Notes under the pieces: generated by a model
Told to the model about the DNA's origin: nothing
Seen by the model: only the letters and a program-made list of their open reading frames with translations
The model's database searches: none
NCBI GenBank assembly: GCA_964016885.1
Contig: OZ024740.1
Coordinates: 391,840,001-391,904,000 of the forward strand
Source: Eledone cirrhosa
Taxonomy: Eukaryota
DNA: 64,000 nucleotides
Direction: 5' to 3'
Part shown: in pieces, positions 28,450 to 41,957 of the stretch
Layout of the letters: every line of letters starts with the position of its first letter
Position numbering within the stretch: position 1 is the first letter of the stretch
Translations under genes and position numbers: made by a program

Positions 28450-31400
28450 CTACAGGATGGTATACAGAGAAGGCCCATTTACACGAGCCATTCTCGCCAC
28501 TATCACCCACATTTCATAAAACTGCCTGTGGCCAAGCACCTCTCTCTCCATTCTTATCCTTCTTCCGAAGTGATATCGGAAGAAGTAGACCAGACTATGG
28601 CCAGAGAGGAAGTTGCCTGACCTCAGACCTTTCAATCGTGTCCACCAAACAACCTCTTTCAACATGGCTATTACGCACAGAAAAACCGCCTTTACTTCCT
28701 TTGTGAAGAGGGGAGGCGGTTTGATTGTCATCACGGACTCGGCGGTCAATTTAATCGGCGCCACCCGCGACAGCAGTCGTTCGGCGTAGCCCCACAGATC
28801 AGCCACGCCCGGACATTGCACCAATGCGTGCGCAACAGTTTCTTCGTGACGCACGCATCTAGGGCAAATCTTTTTTGAGGGATCCCTGCCCGGGCGCCCG
28901 TGTCTGTAGAGCCTCTCTCGAACGGGTAGAGCCCCCCGGTAGCACTGCCAGGCCAGTGACTTCTGGAAGTTGTCCATTGGTCCTGGGCCGAAAGTCCAAC
29001 CTAACAGGCTGGCCAGTTCGTCCTCTTCCATGTCCAGCGACTCTCCAAGGGTGTCATCGCCCCTGCTAGCCACCAGCCCTCTATAGAATGATGAGGTGGA
29101 TTCTCCACCGATGGCCTGGCCCGCTTGCCAGAGAGCCCTGAGCGCCTGAGCACACTCAGTGTGCCAGTCTCCCAGTTTTCCGGATCTTTTCTTGACCCAG
29201 GACTGTAGCTCGGTGAGCGAGACGAGTCTCGGAAAGGCCCGTTTCACGAATGGAGCCCACACCGGTTGACCAGTGAGGAATACCTGTAGGTGCCGTAGCC
29301 TTAATGCGTGCCTACGCATCATCAACCACGGCATCCCCAGCCCTCCTTTCGAAGGTTGTTTGGTAGCAGATGGATCTTCTCACCATAGGAGGGCGCTTCT
29401 TCCAAAGAAATTGGAAGAGCATGCGTTCCATGGTGGTGAGTGTTTCCTTAGGGCAAGGCACGACAGTCAGGCGGTAGTAAGTGACGGACGCTATGTAAAT
29501 GTTCGCCACCTCCGCCCGGCCTTTTAGGGACAGCTTACACTTGGCCCATTTCTGGGTTAGTGCAAACACCTTGTTCGTAACCTCGTTCCAGTTCTTTTCC
29601 ACCTGGAGGTCCGGTCCAAACCAGACCCCAAGCAACTTTACCGGGCCCTCCGTCCAGTGTCCGACGACACCGTCAGGAGGCATCGGTCTGCCTCTCCACG
29701 TTCCGAGTTGCAGCCCGATGGATTTTTCCCGGTTCAGTTTCGCTCCTGACAACCTTTCGTACTCCTCCAGTAAGGTACCGATCGCCTCGATCTCCGAGTC
29801 GGTCGATACCATTACTGTTACGTCATCAGCGTAGGCCGACACCGCTTTGCTCAATCCTGGTTCCAGGCGGATACCCTGCAACAACTCCAACTTCCTCAGT
29901 AAAGGCTCGAGAGTCAATACGTACAGAAGGGAGGAGAGAGGGCACCCCTGTCGAATGGATCGTGTGATTTCGAACGGCTTCGAAAGGTAGCCGTTCACCT
30001 TGATCCTAGAACAGATGTGGTTGCTATGTAAGGCAGTGATCCAGCCTCTGAAAACAGGACCGAACTCAGCCGCCGCTAGCACCGCATCCAGGTAACCATG
30101 GTCGACCCTATCGAAGGCCTTAGACTGATCCAAGTTGATCAGGGCCCCACCGAAGCCGGGTTTGTTGCCAACCCTCTCTATGATGTATCGCATGAGGTGG
30201 AGGTTATCGTGAATGGACCTGGATGGGATAGCACATGTCTGCGCATCTCCCACCAGGCCACCCACGACAAGCGCCAACCTCTTTGCTAACACCTTGGCCA
30301 AAATCTTTAACTCTGTGTTTAGCAGGGTTATGGGCCGAACATTATTTATACTATCTCCCTTGTTCTCGTCCTTCCTCACCAGCGTGACTACGCCCTTGGC
30401 TACAGAACAAGGAATTCTCCCGTTATGCTGCCAATTGCAGTAGACTGCTTCGAGGAGTTCGGAGAAGAAGACCGGCATTGCTAAATAAAGTTCGTAAGGT
30501 ATACCATCGAGACCTGGAGATTTGCGTCTGCTGCATTGGCTCAGCGCATCTCCGATCTCATCAGCCGAGATTGGTCCCTCGCAGGACTCTGCCTCTTCGC
30601 TCGAGAGACGCGGCAGGCCGTTGAGGTATGGACCGAAATCCACGTCCCCGCCCGGACCCTCGCCTCCCCCGAACAATCGGGCAAAGTGCCTTTGAAAGGC
30701 CTCGCACATCTGCTTAGGCTCCCGAATCACCCGTCCATCTTCGTCTTGCAACGACCGGATGGTGGATCGATTTCCACTCTTAGCTTCTGTCACGCGGGCC
30801 CAGCCCACGGCTTTGGCCCCCTCATTACCTAGAGCACGTATTTTACTTCGAATGACGCAGCCTTCGGCTTTGCATCGAAAAACTGGTTCAAGGCCGTCCT
30901 CGATGCCAGCACTCTGGCCACATCTTCGCTCTTGATTGCCTCTTCTAATTTACCTGTTAATTCTTTCTCGTTTCTATTCCTATAGGCAGCTAACATCTTG
31001 CTATAACTTATTGATTCTGTTCTAACCTCTCTTTTGAGAGATGCCCACAATCGGTTGTTGACGATTGCACCCGTCAACCTCTCCTTAACTAATCTGCTAA
31101 TCCGGTTTCTGTAAGTCTCTTTTGCCGGTAAAGACAAATTAAGTTTCTAGTAACCGGGACCCTGTTTATGTGTTTTCTCGAGATTGACTACGCAGGTCAC
31201 TAATTTGTGATCCGTGTAGCCAACCGTGCGCATTTCTGGACAGCTTAATATGTCCCTATCCTTACTTCTAACTAAGAATCTATCTAAGTACGATCTAGAT
31301 TGACCACTGTGATTTCTCCAAGTCCAGGTAGGCACAGTTGGAAAATTTAGTCGATATCTATCGACCAAGTTAAAACGGTCGAGTAACCCCTTGAGGATGT

Positions 31401-31887
31401 TACACCCCCCTCTATTAGGACATGCTCCTGCATAGTCCCAACGTGCATCTAGGATGTCATTCCAATCCCCCGCTAGAAGCAGGGAACGCGACGTTCCCAG
31501 AAAAGTCTCCAAACGCTGGAAGAAGTCGGGCCGTTCAGCTCAGAAAGGGGAGTAGACGATGACCAGTCTCAAGGCCGCACCTTCACTACTGCCAACGTCT
31601 AGCACCAACAAACGACCCTCCGGGTCCGAGTGCACAACCTGTACGGCAAGACCCAGGTGTTTTTGCAGCAGTACGACAACCCCACCCCCACCTCTAGGTT
31701 GACAGAGAGATGCATGCACCTCAAAGTCATCGAAGGTGGGGGCCAGCTGCCGCACGACGCTGATTCGAGTCTCACAGATAACCATTACATTTATACTACA
31801 TGACCTGAGGTCATTTAGAAGCTTTGCTTGCTTCCAAGTTGAGCCCAGGCCACGTGCATTCAAACATCCTACTCGTAACACATCCAT
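28450..31887 (-). pseudogene. Copy A ORF2 (APE endonuclease-RT-CCHC), broken into 5 pieces
   Basis: ORFs 31540-31887, 31147-31512, 30829-31137, 29312-30808 and 28450-29334 are colinear with copy C ORF2. Confidence 0.93.
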
Positions 31888-33609
31888 GTGGGCGGCAGAG
31901 CCAAAGGAGAGTGTAGAGACCTACCTTTCCGCTCCCGGGGTTCGGGTTGCACGACTTCCATGGGGTCGGGGGTGTTGGGTGAAGGGGTGTCTTGTGGTGG
32001 TGTGGGGTCGTCAGTGTGTGGTGGGGTTGGGGTGTTTGGAGTTGTGTTGGGGAGGGGAAGGGGAGGGGGAAAGCTTTTTAGTAGGACGCGGTTTATGGGT
32101 TTGACAGAGGGTGGTCCTACGTCCTCCTTAAAATCCTTTTTTAGTTTTTGGTAGAGGTTCATTGGGATCTTTATTAATTTTAAATGTGGGTAGTTTTCTG
32201 AAGAAACAAAGTTTACACCTTCGGTTTGTACCGAAGGATTATTGTATATGAGTTCATTTAATTTATTATTGTTTCTGTTGATGTAAGTATAGTGTAATGT
32301 CTTTTTTTCGGATGGTGTGAGTGTTTCGAAGAGGGGAGGGGCAGGTTTTGTTTTGTTTGTTGCTGGAGGGGTGTTTTCTGTTTTGTTGGATTGTGTTGAG
32401 ATTTGGGTGGGGGTTGTTTGGCCTTGTGTGTTTTGCACATGTTTTCTTTTTTTTCCTTTTAATCTGTCTGAAGGACTCCGTTTCTTCCTCCGAATTCGTT
32501 GGGTTATCTTCAGTGTTGGAGGGAAGAGGTATGTTTGCTGGTAATGTTTCCGTGTTGGTTTTCTTTGTGGGGGAGATGGATATCACTATGTTAGACTGTG
32601 TTGTGTGTTGTGTCTGCGGTGGTTGTGTTGTTTTATTGAGTGAGAGGTTGGGTGGGCCTGTATTTTGTTTTGGGGTAATGTGTTTTGACTGTTTGTGTTG
32701 TGGTGGTGGTGTGGTTTTACTGAGGGTCGGGTTGGGTGGGACTGAGTTTTGTTGTTTGTTTATCTGTTGTGGTGGTGGTGGTGGAGCTGGTGTTGGTAGC
32801 AGGGTTTTCTTTTTGTTGAGTTGGGGACAAGCGGCCTTCAGGTGCCCTCTGCCTGCACAGATATGGCAGGACGGCCTTCTCCCCTCCACGCTAATGTTTA
32901 TATACCCGTGGTCCTCTAATAGGATTCTGTCGGGTATTTGGGCGATGCGTTCAGGCTTCATTTGCACTACCAGCTCTATACCTGTTCCACTGAACGCATT
33001 GCCTGTGGTTTTCCCAATGGAAATCACGTTGTCATTCACTGGATCGATGAAGCCAGCTATGAGCCAGCAGTAGTCCACATCTGGCATCATTGCATCCAGC
33101 CATATGCGTTGAGTTCTTTTACCCATATAAGATGGATAAAAGGTAAACATTTTCGAACGAATCGGTGACAAAGCACATTTTTTTGCCGCCGATTCGTTCT
33201 TCATGATAATTGCTAGGCTTCCATACAGTCTGTCTTTTCTTATGAAAGTGGTTTCATTAAGTACTTCTGTGAGTACTGTTTTGATATCTGCTTGAGAAGG
33301 CTGTTCAGGATTTTTTATACTGTTGTTGATGGTCCGAAACTTGACCGTTCGGCTTTCAATGTCTTTGGTGAATTCTTGAGGCATTTTTACCGATAAAATA
33401 CCATTCTCTCCTTCACTTATGTATTGTTTGGCGTCTGTGATTCTTCGTGCCACATCTGAAATATTTTCCGGTATATAAGTCAAAGATCTCTTTGTTTTAT
33501 GTGCAAATGAAATCTTGTCGTCTGCTTTGCTTTCTGTTATGGTGTTATTTTCAAATGTTATTTTTGTGTTTGTTGTGTCTTTGTTTGTGTTATTAGTATT
33601 GTCAGGCAA
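31869..33609 (-). pseudogene. Copy A ORF1 (gag-like, CCHC knuckle, Pro/Thr/Asn-rich linker, conserved C-terminal domain)
   Basis: ORFs 32266-33609 and 31869-32438 joined by a frameshift near an A-run; homologous to copy C ORF1 (FIRKDRLYGS, FYPSYMG.RTQRI, VEGRRP.C). Confidence 0.85.
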
Positions 33610-34055
33610 TTTTTCAAATTATTTTTTTTCGTAGTTGGAATCCATGTCCAGATTTGTGTTTTCGTCATTTTTTTTCTCCGCAGATTCGTCTGTTTTTATT
33701 TTAATTTTTCCTTCCTTCTCTATGACGTTAGTTGGGAAGGAAGGGGGGGGCTAAAGCGTGCGAGCTTACAACTCTTACCGCTGTTCCCCCACCACTATTT
33801 TCGTTCGCTGCGTTTAACATTTCTGTTAGACGATTGAAATTTTTTTGCCACAAAATTTTTAAAACAGGTTTTTCACCTCTAGGAGGGGTAAAGATGAGCT
33901 GACCCACCGCCTGACAGTTCAGACGGGGGTTCAAGCTACACAATTGTATCAAAATTAAATTTGAACTCACAAAATTTCCGCAATAAATTTGAACAAAACT
34001 TCTGCGCGAAGTGAATTACATCCACACTGTAGAACAGACGACAGCTGGATTTGAT

Positions 34056-34112
<57 letters not shown>

Positions 34113-34113
<1 letters not shown>

Positions 34114-37100
34114 CTTTCTTTTTATTTGCCACCAGGGCATCAAAAAGTGGGACAAGTACAATGGGGGGAGTTTACATAAAAAGGCGTCCTCAATAAGGAG
34201 GAGGCAATAACAAGATATAAAAATAAAATAAAATATAACAAAAATAAATTTAATAACAAAATCCTCAATAGGGAGGAGGCGCCTTGGGGGGTCGCACACA
34301 CCCCCGAAAAAAAGTGTGCAACCCTTCTCATCAGGAGCACAGAGAGCTCGCTTGATCTTCATCTTCCTCCCCTATAGTCTGATGTAGAGTGAAGGCCCAT
34401 TCACACGGGCCATTCTCGCCACTTTCACCCATCTTTCATAAAAACGGCTGGGGTGCAGCACCTCTCTCTCCATCCTGATCCTTCTTCCAAAATGATATCG
34501 GAAGAAATGGACCAGTTGTTGGCCAGAGAGAAAGGTGTTTGACCTCAGTCCTTTCAGACGCGTCCACCATACAACCTCTTTCGCCATGGCTATTACGCAC
34601 AGAAACACCGCCTCTCCTTCGTTTTTGAAGAGGGGAGGCGGCTTGATCGTTACAATAGACTCGGTGGTCAACCGGATCGGTCCTCCCCTTGACAGCAGTT
34701 ATTCGACATAGCCCCACAGATCAGCAATGCCCGAGCAGTGTACCAATGCGTGTGCAACGGTTTCCTCGTCGCACACGCATCTGGGACAGATCTTTTTCGA
34801 GGGGTCCCTACCCGGGCGCCCGTGTCTGTAGAGCCTTTCTCGAACGGGCAGAGCCCCTCGGTAGCACTGCCAGGCCAGGGACCTCTGGAAGTTATCCATG
34901 GGTCCCGGGCTGAATGTCCTACCGAACAGGTTAGCCAGTTCGTCTTCCTCCATGCCTAGGGCTTCTCCTAGGGCGTCGTCGCACCTGCTAACCACCAGCC
35001 CTCTATAGACTGACGAGGTGGATTCTCCATTGACAGCCGGGTCCGCCTGCCAGAGAGCCGTGAGCGCCTGGGCACACTCGGTGTGCCAGTCACCCAGTTT
35101 TCTCGGTCTTTGCTTGACCCAGGATTGCAGCTCGGTGAGTGAGACGAGTCTGGGAAAGGCTCGCCTCACAAACGGGGCCCACACCGGTTGACCGGTGAGG
35201 AATACCTGGAGGTGTCGTAGCCTTAATGCGTGTTTACATATCATTAGCCACTCATCCCCAGCCCTCCTTTGGAAGGGTGTTGACAGCAGATGGATCTCCT
35301 CACCATAGGAGCCCGCTTCTTCCAAAGGAATTGGAAGAGTGCGCGCTCCATTTTGGCGAGCGTTTCCCTTGGGCAAGGCACAACGGTCAGGCGGTAGTAG
35401 ATGACGGACGCTATATAAGTGTTCGCCACTTCCGCCCGACCTTTCAGGGACAGTTTGCACTCGGCCCACTTCTGGGTCAGTGCAAACACCCTGTTCGTTA
35501 CCTCACCCCAGTTCTTCTCCACCTGGAGATCTGGTCCGAACCAGACCCCGAGCAACTTCACCGGGCCCTCCGTCTAGCGCCCGACGACGCCATCGGAGCG
35601 AAATCGATCTGCCCCTCCACGTGCCGAGCTGCAGCCCGATCGACTTGTCCCGGTTCAGCTTAGCCCCTGTAAACCTTTCGTACTACTCCAGTAAGGTGCC
35701 GATCGCCCCGATTTCCGATGCCGTCGACACCATTACTGTTACGTCATCGGCGTAGGCCGACACCGCTTTCCGCAATCCCGGTTACAACGGGATGTCCTGC
35801 AACAACTCCAACTTCCGCAGCAGTGGCTCGAGAGTCATTACATACAGAAGGGAGGAGAGAGGGCACCCTTGTCGGATGGACCGCGCGATTTCGAACGGCT
35901 CCGAGAGGTAGCCGTTCACCTTGACTCTAGAGCAGATGCGGGTGCTGTGCATGGCAGAAATCCAGCCCCTGAAAACGGGTCCGAAACCTGCCGCCGCTAG
36001 CACCGCATCCAGGTAACCATGGTCGACCCTATCGAACGCCTTAGATTGATCCAAGTTGATCAGGGCCCCACCAAAGCCGGGTTCGTTCCCAACCCTCTCT
36101 CTGATGTATCGCATGAGGTGGAGGCTGTCGTGGATGGACCTGGACGGGATAGCACATGTCTGCGCATCTCCCACCAGGTTGCCCACGACAAGCGCCAACC
36201 TCTCTGCTAGCACCTTGGCCAAAATCTGTAACTCTGTATTTAGCAGAGTTATGGGCCTGAAATTATTTATATCGTCCCCCTTGTTCTCGTCATTCCTCAC
36301 TAGCGTGACTACGCCCTTGGTCACAGCACAGGGAATTCTCCCGTTCTGTTGCCAGTTGCAGTAGACCACCTCGAGGAGATCGGGGAACAAGTCCGGCATA
36401 GCTAGATATAGTTCGTATGGAAGACCGTCGAGACCCGGGGATTTGCGTTTGCCGCATTGGCTCAGCACACCCTCTATCTCAGCGGCTGAAATCGGCTCCT
36501 CGCAGGACTTCGCCTCCCTGTCCGAGAGACGCGGCAGGCCGTCGAGGTATGGACCGAAGTCCACTACCCAACCGGCTCCCCGCCTCTTCCGAACAATCTG
36601 GCAAAGTGCTTTTGAAAAGCCTCGCACATCTGCTTAGGCTCAATGATCACCCGTCCATCCTGATCTCGCAAAGACCGGATAGTGGATCTACTCCCTCTTT
36701 TGGCTTCTGTCACGCGGGCCCAGCTAACAGCTTTGGTCCCCTCGTTTCCCAGAGCACGTATTTTTCTTCGGACGATGCAGCCTTCGTGTTTTGCGTCGAA
36801 GAACTGGCCCAGGGCCGTTCTCGATGCTAGCACTCTGGCCACGTCGCCGCTTCTAATTGCCTCTTCTACACTATCTACCAACTCCCTTTTCTTCCTATTT
36901 CTATTTGAGACTAACTCCTTACTAAATTATATAGAGACAACTCTAATCTCTCTTTGAGAGATCCCCCACCACCTGCTGTTGACGATGGCGCCCGTCAACC
37001 GCTCCTTAACTAAAGTGCTAATCCGGTCCCTGTAAGCCTTACTTGCCGGTAAGGACAAGTTGAGCTTCCAGTAACCGGGTCCCTGTCTATGCGTTCTGTC

Positions 37101-38310
37101 AAGGTTGACCATGCAGGTCACTAACTTGTGGTCTGAATAGCCAACCATGCGCATTTTTGGACAACTTAAAAATCCTTATCCTTATTTCTAACTAAGAACC
37201 TATCTAGGTACGACCTAGATGATCCGCTGCGGTTTGCCCAAGTCCAGGTTGGCGCAGTCGGAAAATCTAGTCGATATCTATCGGCCAGGTCAAATCGACC
37301 GATTAACCCTTTGAGGCTATTACACCCCTCTCTATCGAAACAGGCCCCTACGTAGTCCCAGCGTGCATCTAGGATACCATTCCAGTCCCCCACTAATAGC
37401 AAGGAGCGGGACGTGCCTAGAAATGTCTCCAGACGATGGAAGAAGCCGGCCGCATTGACCCGAAAGGGCCGTAGACGGCTACCAACCTAAACGATCCGCC
37501 TTCACCACTGCCAAGGTCCAGAACCACTAGTCGACCCTCCGGATCCAAATGTACTGTCTGTGTTGCGAGACCCAGATGTTTTTGCAGCAGAACGACAACC
37601 CCACCCCCACCTCCAGGCTGACAGAGAGATGCGTGCATCTCAAGGTCATCAAAGGTGGGAACCAGCTGTCGCACGTTGCTGATCCGGGCCTCGCAAATAA
37701 CCATCACATCTATACGTTGTGACCTGAGGGCATTTAGAAGCATTGCTTGCTTCCAAGTTGAGCCCAGGCCACGCGCATTTAGACAGCCTACTCTTAGCAG
37801 AGCCATGTTGGTGGTGAAGAGAAAAGGCACTTACCACTCTGCGTCCCGGGTATTAGGCTGCAACATTTCCATGAGGGAGATGGGTTGTTGGGTGGGGTGG
37901 TGGTTTGTGGAAGTGTAGGGGCATCAGTGTGTTGTGTGGTTGGGGTGTTTGGAGTTGTGTGGGTATTTGGGGAGGGGGTGGGGTAGTTTTTTTAGGAGGA
38001 CGTGGTTAATGGGCCCGACGCAGGGGGGGGGGGGGGGCACGTCCTCTTTAAAGTTGTTTTTTTAGTGTTTTATATGTGTCCTCTGAGGCCTTAATAATTT
38101 TGAGGTAGGGGAAATCCCCTGCCTGGGTGAAGTTAGGCCCTTGGGTTTTTATAAATTATTGTACACAATGTTTAGCAGTTTTTTATTTATTGTGTTTATG
38201 TATGTGTATGCATGTTTTTGTTTTTGTGTGGTGTTTTTTGTTTGCTGTTGATTTGTGCTCTTTTGTGTTGGTGTCAGTGTTATGTTTTGGGGAGGGTTGT
38301 TTTCATTTGT
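34113..38310 (-). mobile_element. Tx1-clade retrotransposon copy B, 5'-truncated within ORF1, multiply frameshifted
   Basis: ORF2 fragments 34372-37830 colinear with A and C; ORF1 tail HAYTYINTINKKL; (GATA)n at both junctions. Confidence 0.93.
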
Positions 38311-38555
38311 GATAGATAGATATATTTCTTTATTTGCCACTAGGACACAAAAGGAAGGGACAAATACACAGGGGGGAGTTTACATAAATGCGTGTAAAGA
38401 AAAAATTAATAACAATAAGAATAACATAATAATAAAAAGTCCTCAAAAGGGAGGGGGCGTGTTGGGGATTGCACATACCCCCGAAAAGTGTGCAACCCTT
38501 TTCCCTGGGGAAGCCCAGAGAGGAGGCGCTCCCCCTTTCCTCTTCACTTCTTCAC

Positions 38556-41500
38556 CTACAGAACAATGTAGAGAGAAGGCCCATTTACACGAGCCATTCT
38601 CGCCACTTTCACCCACCTTTCATAAAACTGTCTGGGGCCAAGCACTTCTTTCTCCATCCTGATCCTTCTTCCGAAGTGGTATCGGAAGAAGTAAACCAGG
38701 TGTTGGCCGGAGAGAAAGTCACCCGACCTCAGACCTTTCAGGTGCGTCCACCACACAACCTCTTTCATCATGGCTATTACGCACAGAAAGACCGCCTCTG
38801 CTTCATTTCTGAAGGGAGGAGGCGGCTTGATGTTCACCACGGACTCGGCGGCCAATCAAATCGGCGCCACACGCGATAGCAGTCGTTCGACGTAGCCCCA
38901 CAGATCGGCAACGCCCGGGCAGTGTACCAGTGCGTGCGCAACCATTTCCTCGTCGTGCACGCATCTGGGACAGATCTTTTTCGCGGGATCCCTGCCCGGG
39001 CGCCCGTGTCTGTAGAGATTTTCTCGAACGGACAGAGCCCCCCGGTAGCACTGCCAGGCCAGGGACCTCTGGAAGTTGTCCATGGGTCCCGGGCCAAAAG
39101 TTCTACCGAACAGGCTGGCCAGTTGGTCCTCCTCCATGCCTAGCGACTCTCCAAGGGTGTCGTCGCCCCTGCTAGCCACCAGCCCTCTATAGAATGTCGA
39201 GGTGGATTCTCCACTGATAGTCGGGTCCGCTTGCCAGAGAGCCGTGAGCGCCTGGGCACACCCGGTGTGCCAGTTGCCCAGTTTTCTCGGTCTTTGCTTC
39301 ACCCAGGATTGCAGTTCGGTGAGCGAGACGAGCTGTGGGAAGGCTCGCCTCACAAATGGGGCCCACACCGGCTGACCGGTGAGGAATACCTGTAGATGCC
39401 GTAGCCTCAATGCGTGCCTACGCATCAACAGCCACGGCATACCCAGCCCTCCTTTCGAAGGGTGCTGGCAGCAGATGGATCTCCTCCCCATGGGAGGCCG
39501 CTCCATGATGGTGAGCGTTTCCTTAGGGCAAGGTACGACGGTCAGGCGGTAGTAGATGACGGACGCTATGTAAGCGTTCGCCATCTCCTCCCGACCTTTC
39601 AGTGATAGTTTGCACTTTCCCCACTTCTGGGTCAGCGCAAACACCCTGCTCGTCACATCGCCCCAATTCTTCTCCACCTGGAGGTCCGGTCCGAACCAGA
39701 CCCCGAGCAGCTTCACCGGGCCCTCCGTTCACCGTCCGACGACAACGTCTAACGGCATCGGTTTGCCCCTCCACGTTCCGAGTTGCAAACCGACTGACTT
39801 GTCCCGGTTCAGCCTAGCCCCCGTCAGCCTTTCGTATTCCTCCAGTAGGGTGGCGATCGCCCCGATTTCCGAGGCGTCCGCCACCATTACTGTTACGTCG
39901 TCGGCATAGGCCGAGACCGCTTTGGGCAATCCCGGTTCCAGAGGTATGCCCCGCAGCAACTCCAACTTCCGCAGCAGGGGCTCAAGAGCCAATACATACA
40001 GAAGGGAGGAGACGGGGCACCCCTGCCTGATGGACCGGGTGATTTGAAACGGCTCCGAGAGGTAGCCGTTTACTTTAACCCTAGAGCAGACGTTGCCACT
40101 GTGCATGGCAGAAATCCAGCCCCTGAAAACGGGTTCGAAGCCCGCCGCCGCTAGCACCGCATCCAGGTAACCATGGTCGACCCTATCGAACGCCTTAGAT
40201 TGATCCAAGTTGATCAGGGCCCCACCAAAGCCGGGTTCGTTCCCAACCATCCCTACGATGTATCGCATGAGGTGGAGGTTGTCGTGAATGGACCTGGACG
40301 GGATAGCGCATGTCTGCGCGTCTCCCACCAAGCCACCCACCACAAGCGCCAACCTCTTCGCTAACACCTTGGCCAAAATCTTTAACTCTGCATTCAGCAG
40401 AGTTATGGGCCTAAAGTTACTTAAGTCGTCCCCCTTGCTCTCGTCCTTCCTCACTAGCGTGACTACGCCCTTGGTCACAGAACAGGGAATTCTCCCGTTC
40501 TGTTGCCAGTTGCAATAGACAGCCTCGGGGAGTTCGGAGAACAAGACCGGCATAGCTAAATAAAGTTCGTATGGTAGACCATCGAGACCCGGAGATTTGC
40601 GTCTGCTGCATTGGCTGAGCGCTTCCCCGATTTCAGTGGCTGTGATTGGCCTTTCGCAGCACTCCGCTTCGCCGCTCAAAAGACGCGGTAGACCGTCGAG
40701 GTATGGACCGAAGTCCACATCCCCGTCCGGCCCCCCGCCCCCTCCGAACAGTCGAACAAAGTGCCTTTGAAAGGCCTCGCACATCCGCTCAGGTTCAAGG
40801 ATCACCCGTCCATCCTGGTCTCGCAAAGACCGAATGGTGGATTTAATCCCACTCTTGGCTTCTGTCACGCGGGCCCAGCTAACAGCTTTGGTCCCCTCGT
40901 TTCCTAAAGCACGTATTTTACTTCGGACAACGTAGCCTTCGTGCTTCGCGTCAAAGAACTGGCTCAACGCCGTTCGCGACGCTAACACTCTGGCCACGTC
41001 TCCGCTCCTAATCGCCTCTTCTAGTTTATCTGTCAACTCCCTTTCCCTCCTATTTCTATTCGCCGCTAGTTCCTTACTGTAACCTATCGAACTTACTCTA
41101 ATCTCTCTCTTTAGAGATACCCACCACCTGCTGTTGACGATCGCTCCCGTCAACCGCATCTTAACTAAGCTACTAATCCGGTTCCTGTAAGCTTCCTTTG
41201 CCGGCAGGGACAAGTTCATCTTCCAGTAACCGGGACCCTGTCTATGCGTTCTATCAAGGTTGACCACGCAGGTCACTAATTTGTGATCTGAATAGCCAAC
41301 CATGAGCAATTCTGGACAACTAAATACGTCCCTATCCTTACTCCTAACCAAAAACCTATCTAGGTACGATCTAGATTGACCACTGCGGTTTGCCCAAGTC
41401 CAGGTTGGCACAGTTGGAAAATCTAGTCGAAATCTATCGACCAGGTCGAATCGATCGAGTAACCCCTTGAGGCTGCTACACCCCCCTCTATCGGGACATG

Positions 41501-41957
41501 CCCCTGCATAGTCCCAACGCGCATCTAGGATTCCATTCCAGTCCCTCACTAAAAGCAGGGAACGCGACGTTTCTAGAAAAGTCTCCAGACGCTGGAAGAA
41601 GTCGGCTCTTTCAGGCCCGAAGGGGGCATAAAGACCGACCAGTCTGAAAGCCCCACCTTCACCGCCTCCGACGTCCAGCACCAGTAATCGACCCCCCCCC
41701 GGGTCCGAGTGAACAATCTGTACGTCGAGAGCCAGACGTTTATCCAGCAGTACGGCAACCCCACCCCCACCTCCGGGTTGACAGAGAGATGCGTGCATCT
41801 CAAAGTCATCGAAGGCGGGAGCCAGCTGTCGCACGCTGCTGATCCGACTCTCGCAAACAACCATCACATCTATACTTCGTGACCTGAGGTCACGTAGAAG
41901 CTTTGCTTGCTTCCAAGCTGAGCCCAGGCCACGCGCATTCAAGCAACCAACTCTCAA
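38556..41957 (-). pseudogene. Copy C ORF2 (APE-RT-CCHC)
   Basis: ORFs 39729-41957, 38856-39716 and 38556-38855; YADD, QGCPVS, CPRC..HALVHC. Confidence 0.93.

Larger units (their letters stand above)
28235..34052 (-). mobile_element. Tx1-clade non-LTR retrotransposon copy A, apparently full length, inactivated
   Basis: ORF1 with zinc knuckle CHICAGRGHLKAAC; ORF2 with APE (CLNARGL, GDWN, YLDRFL, TDHK), RT (KSPGLDG, RQGCPLS, YADD) and CCHC; frameshifts and stops; GATA repeats at both ends. Confidence 0.95.
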
